Source: an uncultured Rivularia sp. (GTDB lineage: Bacteria; Cyanobacteriota; Cyanobacteriia; Cyanobacteriales; Nostocaceae). From it: a stretch of DNA of 64,000 nt. A model generated the notes under the pieces. That model worked only from the letters and a program-made list of their open reading frames with translations, searched no databases and had not been told where the DNA came from. The stretch spans positions 3,360,001 to 3,424,000 of the forward strand of contig OY762007.1 of assembly GCA_963665115.1 (NCBI GenBank), in the 5' to 3' direction. This document shows, in pieces, positions 1 through 11,463 of the stretch. A program made the translations under genes and the position numbers. Position 1 is the first letter of the stretch. Each line of letters begins with the position of its first letter.

Positions 1-1
1 C

Positions 2-58
2 TCTTCTCACCTTACCGAGGAAAGCAATGTCTCTCAGGAAGAGTTTTCGATTCAGTAG
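2..58 (+). CDS. Possible 3' end of a gene entering from the left edge
   Basis: Open frame SSHLTEESNVSQEEFSIQ* ending TAG at 56-58, upstream of a bidirectional terminator. Confidence 0.3.
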   Translation, partial: SSHLTEESNVSQEEFSIQ

Positions 59-134
59 CCTTAACTACCATCGATTGAAACTTTATCTAAGATAACTATT
101 TATTGTTCTTAATCGCTGCATTTTATCTAACATT

Positions 135-177
135 AAAAAAAAACTCCCCACATAAATAATCATGTGGGGAGTTTTTT
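135..177. terminator. Bidirectional rho-independent terminator
   Basis: A9-CTCCCCACAT-8 nt loop-ATGTGGGGAG-T6, downstream of the DUF4912 gene. Confidence 0.85.
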
Positions 178-225
178 GATATTAATTTGAACTCAATCTA
201 AAATTCTATTTCCAGAATCTTAAAT

Positions 226-1464
226 TTAAGCAAACCATTCTAAAACGGCTTCATCCTTAGTATTGGTATTCCGTGATGGAGTTTCACGATTGAACTTCAT
301 CTGAATCGAGCGGGTTTGCTCGCCATCAACTGCAACTGCTTTAATTGGATAATCAATCAAACCATCTTGGAAGGACATTTGGAAGCGGAATGTACCGTCA
401 GGATTGAGTTGGATTTCGCGATCGCCAATTGTAACGGTAGCATCTGGTTCGGTTGCACCGTAAACAATCAACTCAGCGTCAGCAATTAACCAGAACTTGC
501 GAGGACGTTCCGGAGGTGCAGATGCTCCCATACCAACACCAGACATATTTACACCCGATGCTGTCGGAAGCGCCCACATACCTACGCCAGATGGGAAAAC
601 GTAGGAACTAATAGCTTGCTCTGGAGCCATCGAACCAGGAACTTGATGTTGAGAACCGAAGATAGAACCCGCTACCCGCATTGCTTCTGCGGATTCAGCC
701 ATGCCAAAGATTTGTTCGTAAATAGGATTACCATTACCGTTGCTTGCTGCTGCGGTTTCTGGCATTTTCTTAGCAGGTGGTACTAATTCGTACTTAGTTT
801 CACCGCGTAAATCTTCTTCAAAGTCAACTGTAATAAAGACATCTTCAATCCAGTCTGAAGGATACACCGGAGGAACGTGTACTTTCGCACTGCGAGCCAA
901 TACCAACCAACGACCATCAGCACAACGATAACCGATGTCTATTATATAATCGCGATCGCTAACAGGAATTGGTAAATACCATTCCCGTGCCATTTCGTCA
1001 GAGGGATACTCTTGCAGATTGTGAGCGCTTTGATTGTCTAAGTCGATGTCGGTGACATCATAAATTCTTAGTGCTAACTGTTGTCCGCCTTGTTTGCGTA
1101 AATCTTCCTTATGCTCGTTAGAAATATCCCAGTAAGCATAAGCCCATTGTGGATCGCGAGGCATTAATACAACGCGACTCTCGCCATAACCACTAGGTAA
1201 ATCAGCAAGTCCCTCGTCAACTGAAGCGAGATTGCCGCCAGTTTTATCTTCTTGTCCCAACTCGAATTTTGCTGCTTCCACTGTTTCCTGTGCCTCCAAT
1301 GAACGAGATTCCTGTCTGGATAATTTCTTACTTTCTGCTTCCTGAACTGCTGCGAGTAACTGAGATTTACGCATTCTGCTATAGCGAGATATGCTATATT
1401 CGCTGGCAACTTTACGTAGCTGCCGCAATGTCATTTCTTCTAACGGTGGGCGTTCTTTCGCCAT
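226..1464 (-). CDS. DUF4912 protein with N-terminal Rho_N-like domain
   Basis: N-terminal MTLRQLRKVASEYSISRYSRMRKSQL; LMPRDPQWAYAYWD; C-terminal ADAELIVYGATEPDA; GGAGG RBS upstream. Confidence 0.85.
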   Translation of the reverse strand: MAKERPPLEEMTLRQLRKVASEYSISRYSRMRKSQLLAAVQEAESKKLSRQESRSLEAQETVEAAKFELGQEDKTGGNLASVDEGLADLPSGYGESRVVLMPRDPQWAYAYWDISNEHKEDLRKQGGQQLALRIYDVTDIDLDNQSAHNLQEYPSDEMAREWYLPIPVSDRDYIIDIGYRCADGRWLVLARSAKVHVPPVYPSDWIEDVFITVDFEEDLRGETKYELVPPAKKMPETAAASNGNGNPIYEQIFGMAESAEAMRVAGSIFGSQHQVPGSMAPEQAISSYVFPSGVGMWALPTASGVNMSGVGMGASAPPERPRKFWLIADAELIVYGATEPDATVTIGDREIQLNPDGTFRFQMSFQDGLIDYPIKAVAVDGEQTRSIQMKFNRETPSRNTNTKDEAVLEWFA

Positions 1465-2142
1465 GAGTAAAGACCTCCTAAATTTTAATTAAGAAATTTC
1501 TTTTGTTTAAGGAGAGGTCGGTCTAATTACATCTACCCCAAATCTTTTTTAATCGAATTGTTAGGTTTATACCAAATATTCAATTTTCAATTGGTTCTAT
1601 TTCCACAAGGAATATTACCGTTTGGATATAGGGTTCAAGGTTTAACATTCTTTTTCACAACGAAAACTAAAATTGTTAACCCCTACCTTTTATTTCTTCT
1701 GCTCTAACAACTTTCACGCAAAGTAAAAGTTTTTCTAATGTCATTGATAAGAATTTATAACAACAGAAGAATTGCTTTACTTGTGATTCATATTAACTTT
1801 AATTCCTTGGTAGGGATCAAGGGGGTTAACCAGACTTTTTTGTCTCATTTACGAAGTTATAGGCTATTCGGGGATCTTAATGTCATTATTTCTTGACATT
1901 CGGGACTCGCACTACTTCTTAAAGACATCAAAAATACATTTATTGTCATTAAATCATGACAATTGAGTATTCATGCTCATAATAAAAAATACTTAAGAAT
2001 CTAAGTATTATGTAAAGTGCTTATATCTCTCGGCTCTCCAATCCAATAGCACGAGTTCATTGGAATTAACGTTTTATACCATTATCAACCAGCCCTTAGA
2101 AACCCGGTTTCTGGCAATGGTGCAAGATGTCAGCAACTGATT

Positions 2143-2264
2143 GGTATTCCACCATAGTCGGGCATGACAGAAAACACATTTGTAGTGGAAGCGTCTCGCT
2201 CCCTGGTAGCAACGAGCGAGACGCTCGCACTCCCCGAATCGCTTATAACTTATGTGGTGAAGTA
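2143..2264. mobile_element. Degenerate MITE/REP-like element
   Basis: Imperfect inverted ends (GTATTCCACCATA / TATGTGGTGAAGTAC) around an internal GCGTCTCGCTC...GAGCGAGACGC hairpin. Confidence 0.45.
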
Positions 2265-2375
2265 CTAGTAGCGATTGCATAAATTCTGAAGGGTTCGTTT
2301 TTCCCGTAACCTTCGGGAGACGTAGCACTGCTACGTCTCTACAACCCATCGGAACTAATGAAATGGACTACTAGT
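2264..2375. mobile_element. MITE-like element with internal REP-like palindrome; related to 50864-50990
   Basis: ~30-bp imperfect TIRs with CTAG at both ends; internal GAGACGTAGCACTGCTACGTCTCTAC at 2317-2342. Confidence 0.7.
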
Positions 2376-2467
2376 AGCGATCGCACTTCACAAAAAAGTA
2401 TAAGAAACACATTTTGATTTAATTTCTCTAACCTTTAGAGAGGACTAAAAAATTTATTTTCAATCTT

Positions 2468-2521
2468 CCCAATGCCCAATGCCCAATGCCCAATGCCCAA
2501 TGCCCAATGCCCAATGCCCAA
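2468..2521. repeat. STRR heptamer array (CCCAATG)7
   Basis: Perfect tandem heptamers next to the recQ stop. Confidence 0.95.
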
Positions 2522-4685
2522 CTATTTCTTCCCAGATTTATTTAATTGTTTTCTCCACTTACCTCTAACCAAACGGATTTCGTCAAAGCTATAACTCTCA
2601 CCCAAATATTCTTTAATAGGTGTTAAAGCTGTATCTCCTAATGCATCAAGCACTTGAATAATTTTTTTCTGCTTTTCAACTGTGACTAATAAATTCAAAT
2701 CTACAGGTTTATCTTTTTCAATTAAATCGGAAAGATGACGAGTAACTGTAGTGGAACGAAGATTGCGCTGTTGAGCAATTTCTTTGATACTCAATCCTTC
2801 TTTATGCAACTCAAAGGTTTGCAATTCTGTATATGAAACATCTCCACTAGAAGAATTAGATTTTTGTTTTTGCGAATCTTTTTCTTCTAAATAAGCTTTG
2901 ATTACTTTAATAAATTTATCGCCATATTGAGTAAGTTTGTGGCTACCAACTCCTGCGAGTTTGCTGAATTCATCTTTGGTTTTCGGCTTCATCTGCGTCA
3001 TCAGTTTTAAAGTTGAATCACCGAAAATTACGTAAGGTGGAACGGATTGAGCATCGGCAAGCTGTTTGCGAAGTTCGCGCAATTTTTGAAATAGTATATC
3101 TGCTTGCTCTGCCTTGTCGCTTCGCTCTTTCCCGATCGATTTTTCTTTAGGAGGAACAACAATCGAAACGGAAACGCTGTTTTTTCATCACCTCCAAACT
3201 AAAGGAATTGAGTTTTAATACCGCATAACCATCGGTAGTTTGTTCGAGTAAACCTTGGTGCAACAAAGAACGTCCTAAGTTTCGCCATTCATCAAGGGTT
3301 CGATCTTTACCAATACCGTAAGTAGAAAGTTTATCGTGCCCTTTGCTAAGAATTTTTTGAGTTTTTCTTCCTTGCAAAACATCTATAACGTGTTTCATGC
3401 CAAATCTTTGCTTGCAACGTGCCACGCAAGACAAAAATTTCATTGCTTCAATCGTCCAGTCTTCAACGGGTTTGGGATTGCAGCAGTTATCGCAATTACC
3501 ACAATTACCTACAAATCTTTCTCCAAAATAACTTAATTGAATTGCGCGACGGCAGTCTGTACCTTCTGCATAATCGATCATTTGACGCAGTTGGTGCTTA
3601 GCAATCATTTGCTCTTGCTCGTCAGTTTTTTGATCGATCAGCCATTCGATAGTTTTGACATCGCTATAACTCAAAAACAGCAAACAACGCGACGATTCAC
3701 TATCTCTACCCGCTCTTCCCGACTCTTGATAATAACTTTCTAAATTTCGTGAAATGTCAAAGTGAACAACGAAACGCACATCGGGTTTATTAATCCCCAT
3801 CCCAAAAGCAATAGTTGCGACTATTATCCTGGCATCATCCCGAATAAACTTAGTTTGATTTTCGCTACGTTCTATATCGCTCAAACCAGCATGATAGGGT
3901 AAAGCAGAAATGTTGTCGTGTTGTAATTTAAAAGCTAATTCTTCAACCTTTTTGCGCGTCAAACAATAAATTATTCCCGAATCTTCATTTTCTCGGATAA
4001 GTTCCAAAAGTTCGGCATAGGAATTTTTCTTTTTGGGACGAACTTCGTAATAAAGGTTTTGACGATTAAAACTTGCGATATGAACGCTGGGTTGATTTAA
4101 TCCCAACTGTTTAATGATATCGGCACGAACTCTTTCTGTAGCGGTAGCGGTAAGCCCCCAAATAGGTACATTGGGGTAACGCTGTCGCAGCGATATCATT
4201 TGTCGATACTCCGGACGAAAATCATGTCCCCATTCAGAAACACAGTGCGCTTCATCGATCGCAAAAGCAGAAATACCTATTTGATGGTGTACTAAATCGA
4301 GTAAAGGTAAAAATCTTTCACTGAGTAAACGTTCTGGTGCAACATAAAGTAATTTTATTTTGCCAGCTAGAATCGCTTGCTCGCGCATTCTGACTTTATG
4401 AGGGCTAACACTGCTATTAAGGAAAGTTGCCGGAATTCCGTTTTTTCGCAATCCATCTACTTGATCTTGCATCAAGGCAATCAACGGGGAAACTACTATA
4501 GTTAATCCTTCTTTCATTAACGCAGGCAGTTGAAAACACAGCGACTTACCCCCACCAGTGGGCATAATAACTAGTAAATCGCGATTTTCTAATGCCTCAG
4601 TAATGATTTCCCGTTGCGGGAAACGAAAGCTGTCATAACCGAAGTGATGTTTGAGGGCGTTTTCTAGATGGGGATACACAGACAT
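2522..4685 (-). CDS. recQ: DNA helicase RecQ (helicase-RQC-HRDC-HTH), split by one extra base at 3172-3174; ~720 aa repaired
   Basis: MPTGGGKS, DEAHC, QESGRAGRD, RQC cysteines; HRDC and HTH in ORF 2522-3082; deleting one base gives ..KQRSVSIVVPPKE..LFQKLRELRK. Confidence 0.93.
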
Positions 4686-5217
4686 ATTATCGGTCAGTTA
4701 TCTATTACTGGTAAGCTTTTTGAGGATACAAAAAATCCTATATTGTTTAAGGCTTACATATTTGCTTATTTTATCTATCTAAAGTTATTTTCCTTTAATA
4801 ATTACACTAAAGTTTAAATAAATTTTAATCTTTAAAATTATAATTTTCTAATCATAACTGCTATAAGTATTATTTTATATCATAAATATACGTTTTTTCA
4901 CTGAACTTATTTAATCCTGAAAGCGTGTTAAATATTGTTATATCAGGGAAAAATTGTTTATATCGCTGATTGCTATAAATTAGTCAACAATCGAAATGAT
5001 ACAGGTAAGCGAATGAGAAAAACAACTGATTCCAAATATGGTTAAAACTGCTGTTTTCTCATAAATCGGCAGAATATTTTTACTGCTCTGGCATAGATTC
5101 TATGTTTATTTTGACAGATACCGAGCGTAAAAGCATAAAACTCGCTATAGCCAAATACTTTTGACTAATTCAAATCCTTAACCCATTAAAACTGATTTTC
5201 AGATCGCATTCATATAT

Positions 5218-6519
5218 ATGACACAAACTCCACAGCGTCCGCCAACTAACACTGCTGCAAATCGTAGTGCAGCCCCAAGTGCCCCTCCGATGCCGCCCCC
5301 ACCACCGGCTCCAGCACCATTGACACAAAGCACTCAGCGCCAATCTAGTCAACAAACTATAGAAATGCCTCACGGTAGTCGTGGTTTAACGAATCCTGCC
5401 GCTCATCGTCCGGGAGCGCCACCACCGATGGCTCGTGATATACCCTCTACAAACAGTTCGCAGCCAACTTTTAAGCAATTAATTTTGGAAGCTAACGAAA
5501 AAGGGTTTTCCGATATTCACTTAGGAGTAGGTGAAATACCCCGCTTCCGCAACCGAGGAGAAATAGACACAACTGATTATCCAGAAACGGATAGAGAAAC
5601 CTTCATGAGTTGGTTGCGTGAAACGCTTACAGAAGAAGAAATTAAGCGTTTTCAAGAAACTCTAGATTTTGATGGAGCAACTCAGTTCGATTTTGCCCGC
5701 GTGCGGATTAATATTTTTGATTCTCTTAAAGGTTACGCGATGGTATTGCGATTGATTCCAGTGAAAATATTATCAATGGAACAGTTGAAATTACCTCCTG
5801 TATTTAGAGATATTTGCCATTACCACAAAGGTTTGGTTTTGGTTACAGGCCCCACTGGTTCGGGTAAATCAACTACAATGGCGGCGATGATTGACTATAT
5901 CAATCGAGAGATGAGTAAACACATTATTACTATCGAAGATCCGGTCGAATTCGTTCATCAAAGTCGAAAATCCTTGGTTAAACAGCGGGAAGTTGGAATG
6001 CACACCCGCAAATTTGACAATGCTTTGAAAGCAGCTTTGCGGGAAGATCCCGATCTGATTCTAGTGGGAGAAATGCGGGATAAAGAAACAGTTAACACCG
6101 CGATGAAAGCAGCCCAAACAGGTCACTTAGTAATGGGAACCCTCCACACCAACAGCGCGGTAAAAACCATCGAGCGTATTCTTAATCTTTTCCCCGGTGA
6201 AGAACAAGATCCGATGCGAGTCGCCATATCTGAATCTTTAGTGGCGGTTATTTCTCAAGGTTTGTGTCGCACGACAGATGGTAAACGTGCAGCTTTCCAC
6301 GATATTCTAATAAACACCGAAGCAGTTAAAGATTGGATTAAAGACTCGAAATACGATGAAATGAGCGAGTTGATGAAACAAGCGAGTTTCGACGGCATGA
6401 TTACCATGAATCAGTCTCTATTTAATCTTTACCAAGAAGGTAAGATTACAGAAGAAATTGCATTGGAAATGTCACCGACTCCTAACGAGATGGCGCAGAT
6501 GCTTCGAGGCAGAGTTTAA
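5218..6519 (+). CDS. pilT: Type IV pilus retraction ATPase with Pro-rich N-terminal extension (PilT2-like)
   Basis: GPTGSGKST, TIEDPVE, ALREDPD, GEMRD, TGHLVMGTLHT. Confidence 0.92.
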   Translation: MTQTPQRPPTNTAANRSAAPSAPPMPPPPPAPAPLTQSTQRQSSQQTIEMPHGSRGLTNPAAHRPGAPPPMARDIPSTNSSQPTFKQLILEANEKGFSDIHLGVGEIPRFRNRGEIDTTDYPETDRETFMSWLRETLTEEEIKRFQETLDFDGATQFDFARVRINIFDSLKGYAMVLRLIPVKILSMEQLKLPPVFRDICHYHKGLVLVTGPTGSGKSTTMAAMIDYINREMSKHIITIEDPVEFVHQSRKSLVKQREVGMHTRKFDNALKAALREDPDLILVGEMRDKETVNTAMKAAQTGHLVMGTLHTNSAVKTIERILNLFPGEEQDPMRVAISESLVAVISQGLCRTTDGKRAAFHDILINTEAVKDWIKDSKYDEMSELMKQASFDGMITMNQSLFNLYQEGKITEEIALEMSPTPNEMAQMLRGRV

Positions 6520-6570
6520 GTTTAAGTAGTAGGGAATAGGGAACGGGGAACAGATTTAAAAAGATAAATC

Positions 6571-6599
6571 TATTTATTTATTTATTTATTTATTTATTT
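6571..6599. repeat. (TATT)n microsatellite
   Basis: Seven tandem TATT units. Confidence 0.9.
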
Positions 6600-6771
6600 C
6601 ATTTGTCAGCCTCGTTCCCATACTGCCAGTTGTATCTGTTGTTGAATACCGAGGCATAGCATTTCTGTAAAAGGTTCTTAGCCGTCTTTGCGGGAAGTAA
6701 AATTAGCGAAGTCTAAAATCCAAAATCTAAAAAAATGCATTCGTTGTTAAAATATAAAATTCTATAAGCTG

Positions 6772-7530
6772 TTGAATTTAAATAAATCGCCTTTACCAGA
6801 GTTATTCAAAGGTATTGCATTATTTACACCAGGGGGAGATATGATTTACTGTATCGATCCCAGCAAAAAAGGTAGATGGCATTCACATTTATGCAGTGCT
6901 TTACAGGAAATTTTAGATTTACCGGAACCACCTCATTTTTTAGTACCGCTATATACGGCAACAATTGACCACTGGCTAGATCCACGCACGGAAAAAGTAA
7001 GAACTTTTGCAGAGGCTTATCCAGCCGTGATACGTTATCAAGCTTTATTGAATGCTGTATTTAATACTGGCAATTTAGCTTGGCAAACAACTCCTTGGAA
7101 TGATGAATTATGCGATAGCATAGTATTATCAACTTATCGTTCGAGCTTTGAGCAGTTATGGGTAAATCACGATTTAATAGTGCGTTTAGAAGTATCCGAA
7201 CAACCTCTTACTGATTCTCAACCATTATTAACTGCACCACAAATGCCGTCTCAAACTCAACCTTATATTCTTCGCTTGTTTGTTGCAGGACATACTCCCA
7301 ATACTGAAAATATACTTAAAAACCTGCATGAATTGTTAGAAAAATACTTGGGAAGCCCCTATACTCTGAGAATTGTTGATGTATTAACTCATCCCGAACA
7401 AGCAGAAATTCATCAAGTTAGTGCAACTCCTACTTTAGTTAGAGTTTTACCCAAACCAACAAAAAGAATTGTTGGAGATATGAATAATACAGAGAGAATT
7501 CTACATATGTTGGGCATATTGAATAAATAA
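6772..7530 (+). CDS. Long KaiB-family protein (N-terminal domain + C-terminal KaiB fold)
   Basis: YILRLFVAGHTP...LRIVDVLTHPEQAE..ATPTLVRVLPKPTKRIVGD. Confidence 0.85.
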   Translation: MNLNKSPLPELFKGIALFTPGGDMIYCIDPSKKGRWHSHLCSALQEILDLPEPPHFLVPLYTATIDHWLDPRTEKVRTFAEAYPAVIRYQALLNAVFNTGNLAWQTTPWNDELCDSIVLSTYRSSFEQLWVNHDLIVRLEVSEQPLTDSQPLLTAPQMPSQTQPYILRLFVAGHTPNTENILKNLHELLEKYLGSPYTLRIVDVLTHPEQAEIHQVSATPTLVRVLPKPTKRIVGDMNNTERILHMLGILNK

Positions 7531-7532
7531 AG

Positions 7533-7880
7533 TTATTCCGATTTAATTTCTGGTGGTAGTTCAAATAAACCGTTTTCAGCAGCTTCAAATTCGATTACTT
7601 TGAATACCGCATCATGATTCAAAGCACCATAAATATGGGGAAATGTTTCGTTTTCTGTGACAGCATCGTAACGAATTTCTGATTTTACTCTATCGGAATC
7701 TATGAAAAGAAGTAGTAAATCTGTTTGATTTTGGAAAAAATAATTTGCTACTTTTACAACTTGCGCTGATGTCGAACAATGGATAAATCCTTCAGTTTCT
7801 AGCGAGTCAGCACGGTAAATTCCTTTTTTTATAGCTTTTTCCCAGTCTTGACGGGGAGTAATATGAAAGATTGTTTTCAT
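7533..7880 (-). CDS. DUF952 family protein
   Basis: IFHI..W, SLETEGFIHCST, FPHIYGALN. Confidence 0.88.
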   Translation of the reverse strand: MKTIFHITPRQDWEKAIKKGIYRADSLETEGFIHCSTSAQVVKVANYFFQNQTDLLLLFIDSDRVKSEIRYDAVTENETFPHIYGALNHDAVFKVIEFEAAENGLFELPPEIKSE

Positions 7881-7940
7881 TTGTTGGTTGTTGGTTGTTA
7901 ATCCATTTCCGGCATAAGACTACCGATAAAAGAGTAGTTA

Positions 7941-8759
7941 TTAGTTGGTGGTTATTTCAGCAACTAGATTTGAAGCTTTGCGAATTAAAGAGGTATTAAG
8001 ATCAATTTGATAATTTTCTAAATTTGCAATTTGTCGTACAACTGCTTCTAAATCCGCATTACCTTTCCTCGCACCTAAACCGTTGACTGCACATTCTATT
8101 TGTCTAACTCCACAGTTTAAAGAGGTAATTGAATTTTCTACTGCTTTACCCAAATCATTGTGACAATGAACGGAAATTAGCGCTTTATCAATATTTGCGA
8201 CTCGATTGAAAATCATTTCTAAAAGTCGAGAAAACTCTTCTGGGGATGCTAAACCCAAACTATCGGGAATATTAATGGTTGTTGCACCACTGTTAATTGC
8301 TGTTTCAATGGCTTTACATAAAAAATCTGGTTCGCTTCTCGGTGCGTCAAAAGCACTCCATTCGACTTCTGCACAATGATTTCTTGCTAAAGATATATTA
8401 TTTTTGATGCAATAAAATTCTTGTTCTAATCTAAGTTTTTCTTTACCTTTTAAATTCACATTATTATAAGTATGAATTCTACCTCTTTTCGCTGGCTTAA
8501 TAGCTTGAGCAGCGCTGAGAATTTCTTCTTTTTTTGCACCTGCTAATCCGCAAATAGTAGAATCGTTAATTGCTTTAGATATCTGCAATACTTGCTCAAA
8601 ATCTGAAGGCGAATTAGCTGGATATCCAACTTCAATTACATCTACTTTTATTTCTTCTAATAATTTAGAAATGGAGATTTTTTGCTGTAAATTGAATTTA
8701 ATACCGGGCATTAACTCTCCATTCCGCATTGTCGTATCAAAAATTATGATTTTATTCAT
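7941..8759 (-). CDS. LeuA-like DRE-TIM barrel only; degenerate, no regulatory domain
   Basis: IIIFDTTMRNGE, DVIEVGYP, INIPDS, SVHCHNDLG, NGLGARKGNA; likely ATG at 8759. Confidence 0.8.
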   Translation of the reverse strand: MNKIIIFDTTMRNGELMPGIKFNLQQKISISKLLEEIKVDVIEVGYPANSPSDFEQVLQISKAINDSTICGLAGAKKEEILSAAQAIKPAKRGRIHTYNNVNLKGKEKLRLEQEFYCIKNNISLARNHCAEVEWSAFDAPRSEPDFLCKAIETAINSGATTINIPDSLGLASPEEFSRLLEMIFNRVANIDKALISVHCHNDLGKAVENSITSLNCGVRQIECAVNGLGARKGNADLEAVVRQIANLENYQIDLNTSLIRKASNLVAEITTN

Positions 8760-8939
8760 GAGGTTATCAATCAACAATGAACAATTATCAATTATCAAAA
8801 CATCAATGGATTGATTCTGATGGGTGACGGCAATTTCAGCAATTTTTTTTATTATCAATAATTTATAGAAGCCGTCACACACCCGACATAATTATCTGTC
8901 ACAATGCCCCACGCCCCATGCCCTATTCCCAATTATTAA

Positions 8940-10985
8940 TTAAGCTTCTTGATAAATTACCTCTTGAAACTGAATCACATCCTTTTGAGGATCTGCATGG
9001 GTAACTTTTACTAAAATTTCTTCACCTAAATCTACGGCACGTTTAAAGAACATGGGTAACTGCAAACCTAAATCTTCTAATAAAATTAGTGCTAAATTAC
9101 TATCTTCTCTCAACCACATCAAAACTGTTGTATCCCAAGCTTTATCTAAATGACGGCGCAAGTATTCAAGTGCCCAATATCGATTGGTTTGCCGTTCTAC
9201 CATTACCACTTCCTGAGTAATACTGGTAACGTTCATCATCACTTCTTTAAGTCCTTCTGCTGAGAAGGGCAAAACCTCACCTCGAAGATGAGCTTTGATT
9301 TGAAAATGAGTAAGTAAGTCGCTATAACGACGAATCGGAGAAGTTGCTTGTGTATAAGTTTCTAACCCTAAACCCGCATGGCGTAATGGATTGATGCTCA
9401 TTTCGCTCTTTGGCATACAGCGACGCATCGCACAGGATCGAACAAAACCTGCTGGTAATAGCAGCAATTCTTCTTCTGATGGTAATTCCGGTTGCGGCTG
9501 CCCTCGAAAAGGTAAAGGAATGCTATGAGTTTTACCATAACGAGCCGCGACTTCACCGGCAAGAATCATCATTTCGGCTACTAGTTTTCGCGAACGAGAA
9601 TCATCTAATAAATCGATATTAACTTCATCATCTTTAACCTTGATGGTAGCCTCGGGCATATTTATGCTGATGGCTCCTTGGTGGTAGCGCCAAGACTTAC
9701 GCTTTAAAGCCCATCTACCAAGGGCTGCGATTTCGGGTTCTTCTCGTACTCCCGATTCCAAAATATCGTTTACATCTTCATAAGTGAGACGATAAGTCGG
9801 TTTTATTAAACTTGCATGAATGCTATAATCTTCTACTCCACCAGTTTCATCTAAAATAATACCGAAACTTAAAGCACAACAGATTTCTCCCTGTATCAAG
9901 CTCATTGGTCCGGTTGCCAATATTTCGGGAAACATTGGAATCATTCCCGTGGGTAAATATACCGTACTACCGCGCTTTCTTGCATCCAAATCTAATTCAT
10001 CTTCAGGTACAAGCCATCGCGTGGGATCTGCAATGTGTACCCACAATTTTTCTCGATTATCGGGAAGCATTTCCCAACTTAAACCATCATCTATTTCGGT
10101 CGTCGTTTCATCATCAACCGTATAGACTTTTAAATGAGTTAAGTCCAAACGGTTACGATCTGGATCGGGAGGAAGAGAGTTTAAGCGTTCATGCGCCACA
10201 TCTGTTACCTTAGTAGGAAATTGAACCGGAATAGAGGAACGACGTAGAAACAGGTTTTCATTTGGACTCCACCAACCCAAATCAACGAGCAACCCAAACG
10301 CTCCTTGAGGAGTTGCGGTACGTCCGAGCATCGTCATAGTTTCTAAAACTTGTGCGGGTGGGGGATAAGCTTGAGCCAAAGAATCGTATTTCACGCCACC
10401 CCGCGTTACATCTGCTAGTAACGCCGCATATTTTTCTAAAGCTTCAAGCCTGTGGCGATCGTGTTTTTGCCATTCTACAACTTCACCATCAAGTGCCTGC
10501 TGTACCCTTGTTAAAAATTCCTGCTGTCCTTTAGCTTTAAGCGCTTCTACTTCTAATTGGTGCTTGCGTTCTGCAACAGCACTCGCACTTCGTGGTTCGT
10601 AACCGTCGCCTTTTTGCTTGAAATAAACTTTGTCATCCGATAACAAGCAGTGAGCTGCATAAACTTGAGGTGGTTCTGCTTGAGAAAACAGCAAATTCGC
10701 CATTTCTTCCGGAGTTGCAGACTCGCCATCTTCTACCAGTAATTCCCAAGCCACCTCTAAACTTGAAGGATCTAAATACGATTCTACCTGTTGCAGAAAA
10801 TCCGGTATTTCTGATGAATTGTAAGTTTGTCCGACAACTTTGTAGGTAAATTGTCTCGGCGCAAGACTGGTGGATTGTCCTCGTTCATCTAACACAATCA
10901 AACGGTTTTTCCCGTCTGGACGTTCTACCACACCCAAACGGCGATCGCCTTGATTTTTAAATTCTACCAGCGTCCCCTTTTCCAC
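8940..10985 (-). CDS. rnb: Exoribonuclease II/R family (RNB domain)
   Basis: TVDDETTTEIDDGLS, VHIADP, TSPIRRYSDL; GTG start. Confidence 0.9.
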   Translation of the reverse strand: MEKGTLVEFKNQGDRRLGVVERPDGKNRLIVLDERGQSTSLAPRQFTYKVVGQTYNSSEIPDFLQQVESYLDPSSLEVAWELLVEDGESATPEEMANLLFSQAEPPQVYAAHCLLSDDKVYFKQKGDGYEPRSASAVAERKHQLEVEALKAKGQQEFLTRVQQALDGEVVEWQKHDRHRLEALEKYAALLADVTRGGVKYDSLAQAYPPPAQVLETMTMLGRTATPQGAFGLLVDLGWWSPNENLFLRRSSIPVQFPTKVTDVAHERLNSLPPDPDRNRLDLTHLKVYTVDDETTTEIDDGLSWEMLPDNREKLWVHIADPTRWLVPEDELDLDARKRGSTVYLPTGMIPMFPEILATGPMSLIQGEICCALSFGIILDETGGVEDYSIHASLIKPTYRLTYEDVNDILESGVREEPEIAALGRWALKRKSWRYHQGAISINMPEATIKVKDDEVNIDLLDDSRSRKLVAEMMILAGEVAARYGKTHSIPLPFRGQPQPELPSEEELLLLPAGFVRSCAMRRCMPKSEMSINPLRHAGLGLETYTQATSPIRRYSDLLTHFQIKAHLRGEVLPFSAEGLKEVMMNVTSITQEVVMVERQTNRYWALEYLRRHLDKAWDTTVLMWLREDSNLALILLEDLGLQLPMFFKRAVDLGEEILVKVTHADPQKDVIQFQEVIYQEA

Positions 10986-11245
10986 AAGCCTTGTAATTCA
11001 TTCAAGTTTTCAGTGATCGGATTTCGGATTATCTAAATATCTAAATAATTAAATATAAATATTAAATCCTAAAATCCCGCTCATTTTTAATACAAAACAA
11101 TTCAAAAATATCCGATGCCTTTCACGGTGCAATCACCGCCGTTCTCAAAGTTGTAAAGCTAGACATAACAGTAGTCTGGGAGGCAACCGACCGCTGTGAT
11201 GCTCCGAATAGCCTCCCCTTTTACTTTGTCTTTGAAATACTCGAT

Positions 11246-11461
11246 TTAAGCTTCGGCATTCACAAAAGGCAATAAAGCTAAAATTCTGGCACGTTTGATT
11301 GATGCAGTTAAAGCTCTTTGTTGCTGAGAAGTCAGACCAGTAATCCGACGTGGTAGTATTTTACCGCGTTCTGTAATAAATTTACGCAATAAATCAACGT
11401 CTTTATAATCTATAGGTTCCCCAGGTTTGATGGGAGAAAGACGGCGACGATAATAAGCCAT
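11246..11461 (-). CDS. rpsR: 30S ribosomal protein S18
   Basis: [26 protein letters not shown]. Confidence 0.98.
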   Translation of the reverse strand: MAYYRRRLSPIKPGEPIDYKDVDLLRKFITERGKILPRRITGLTSQQQRALTASIKRARILALLPFVNAEA

Positions 11462-11463
11462 TT

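Noticed and set aside
2074..2349. 91-aa ORF
   Set aside because: Made of MITE/REP sequence, with no recognisable motif.
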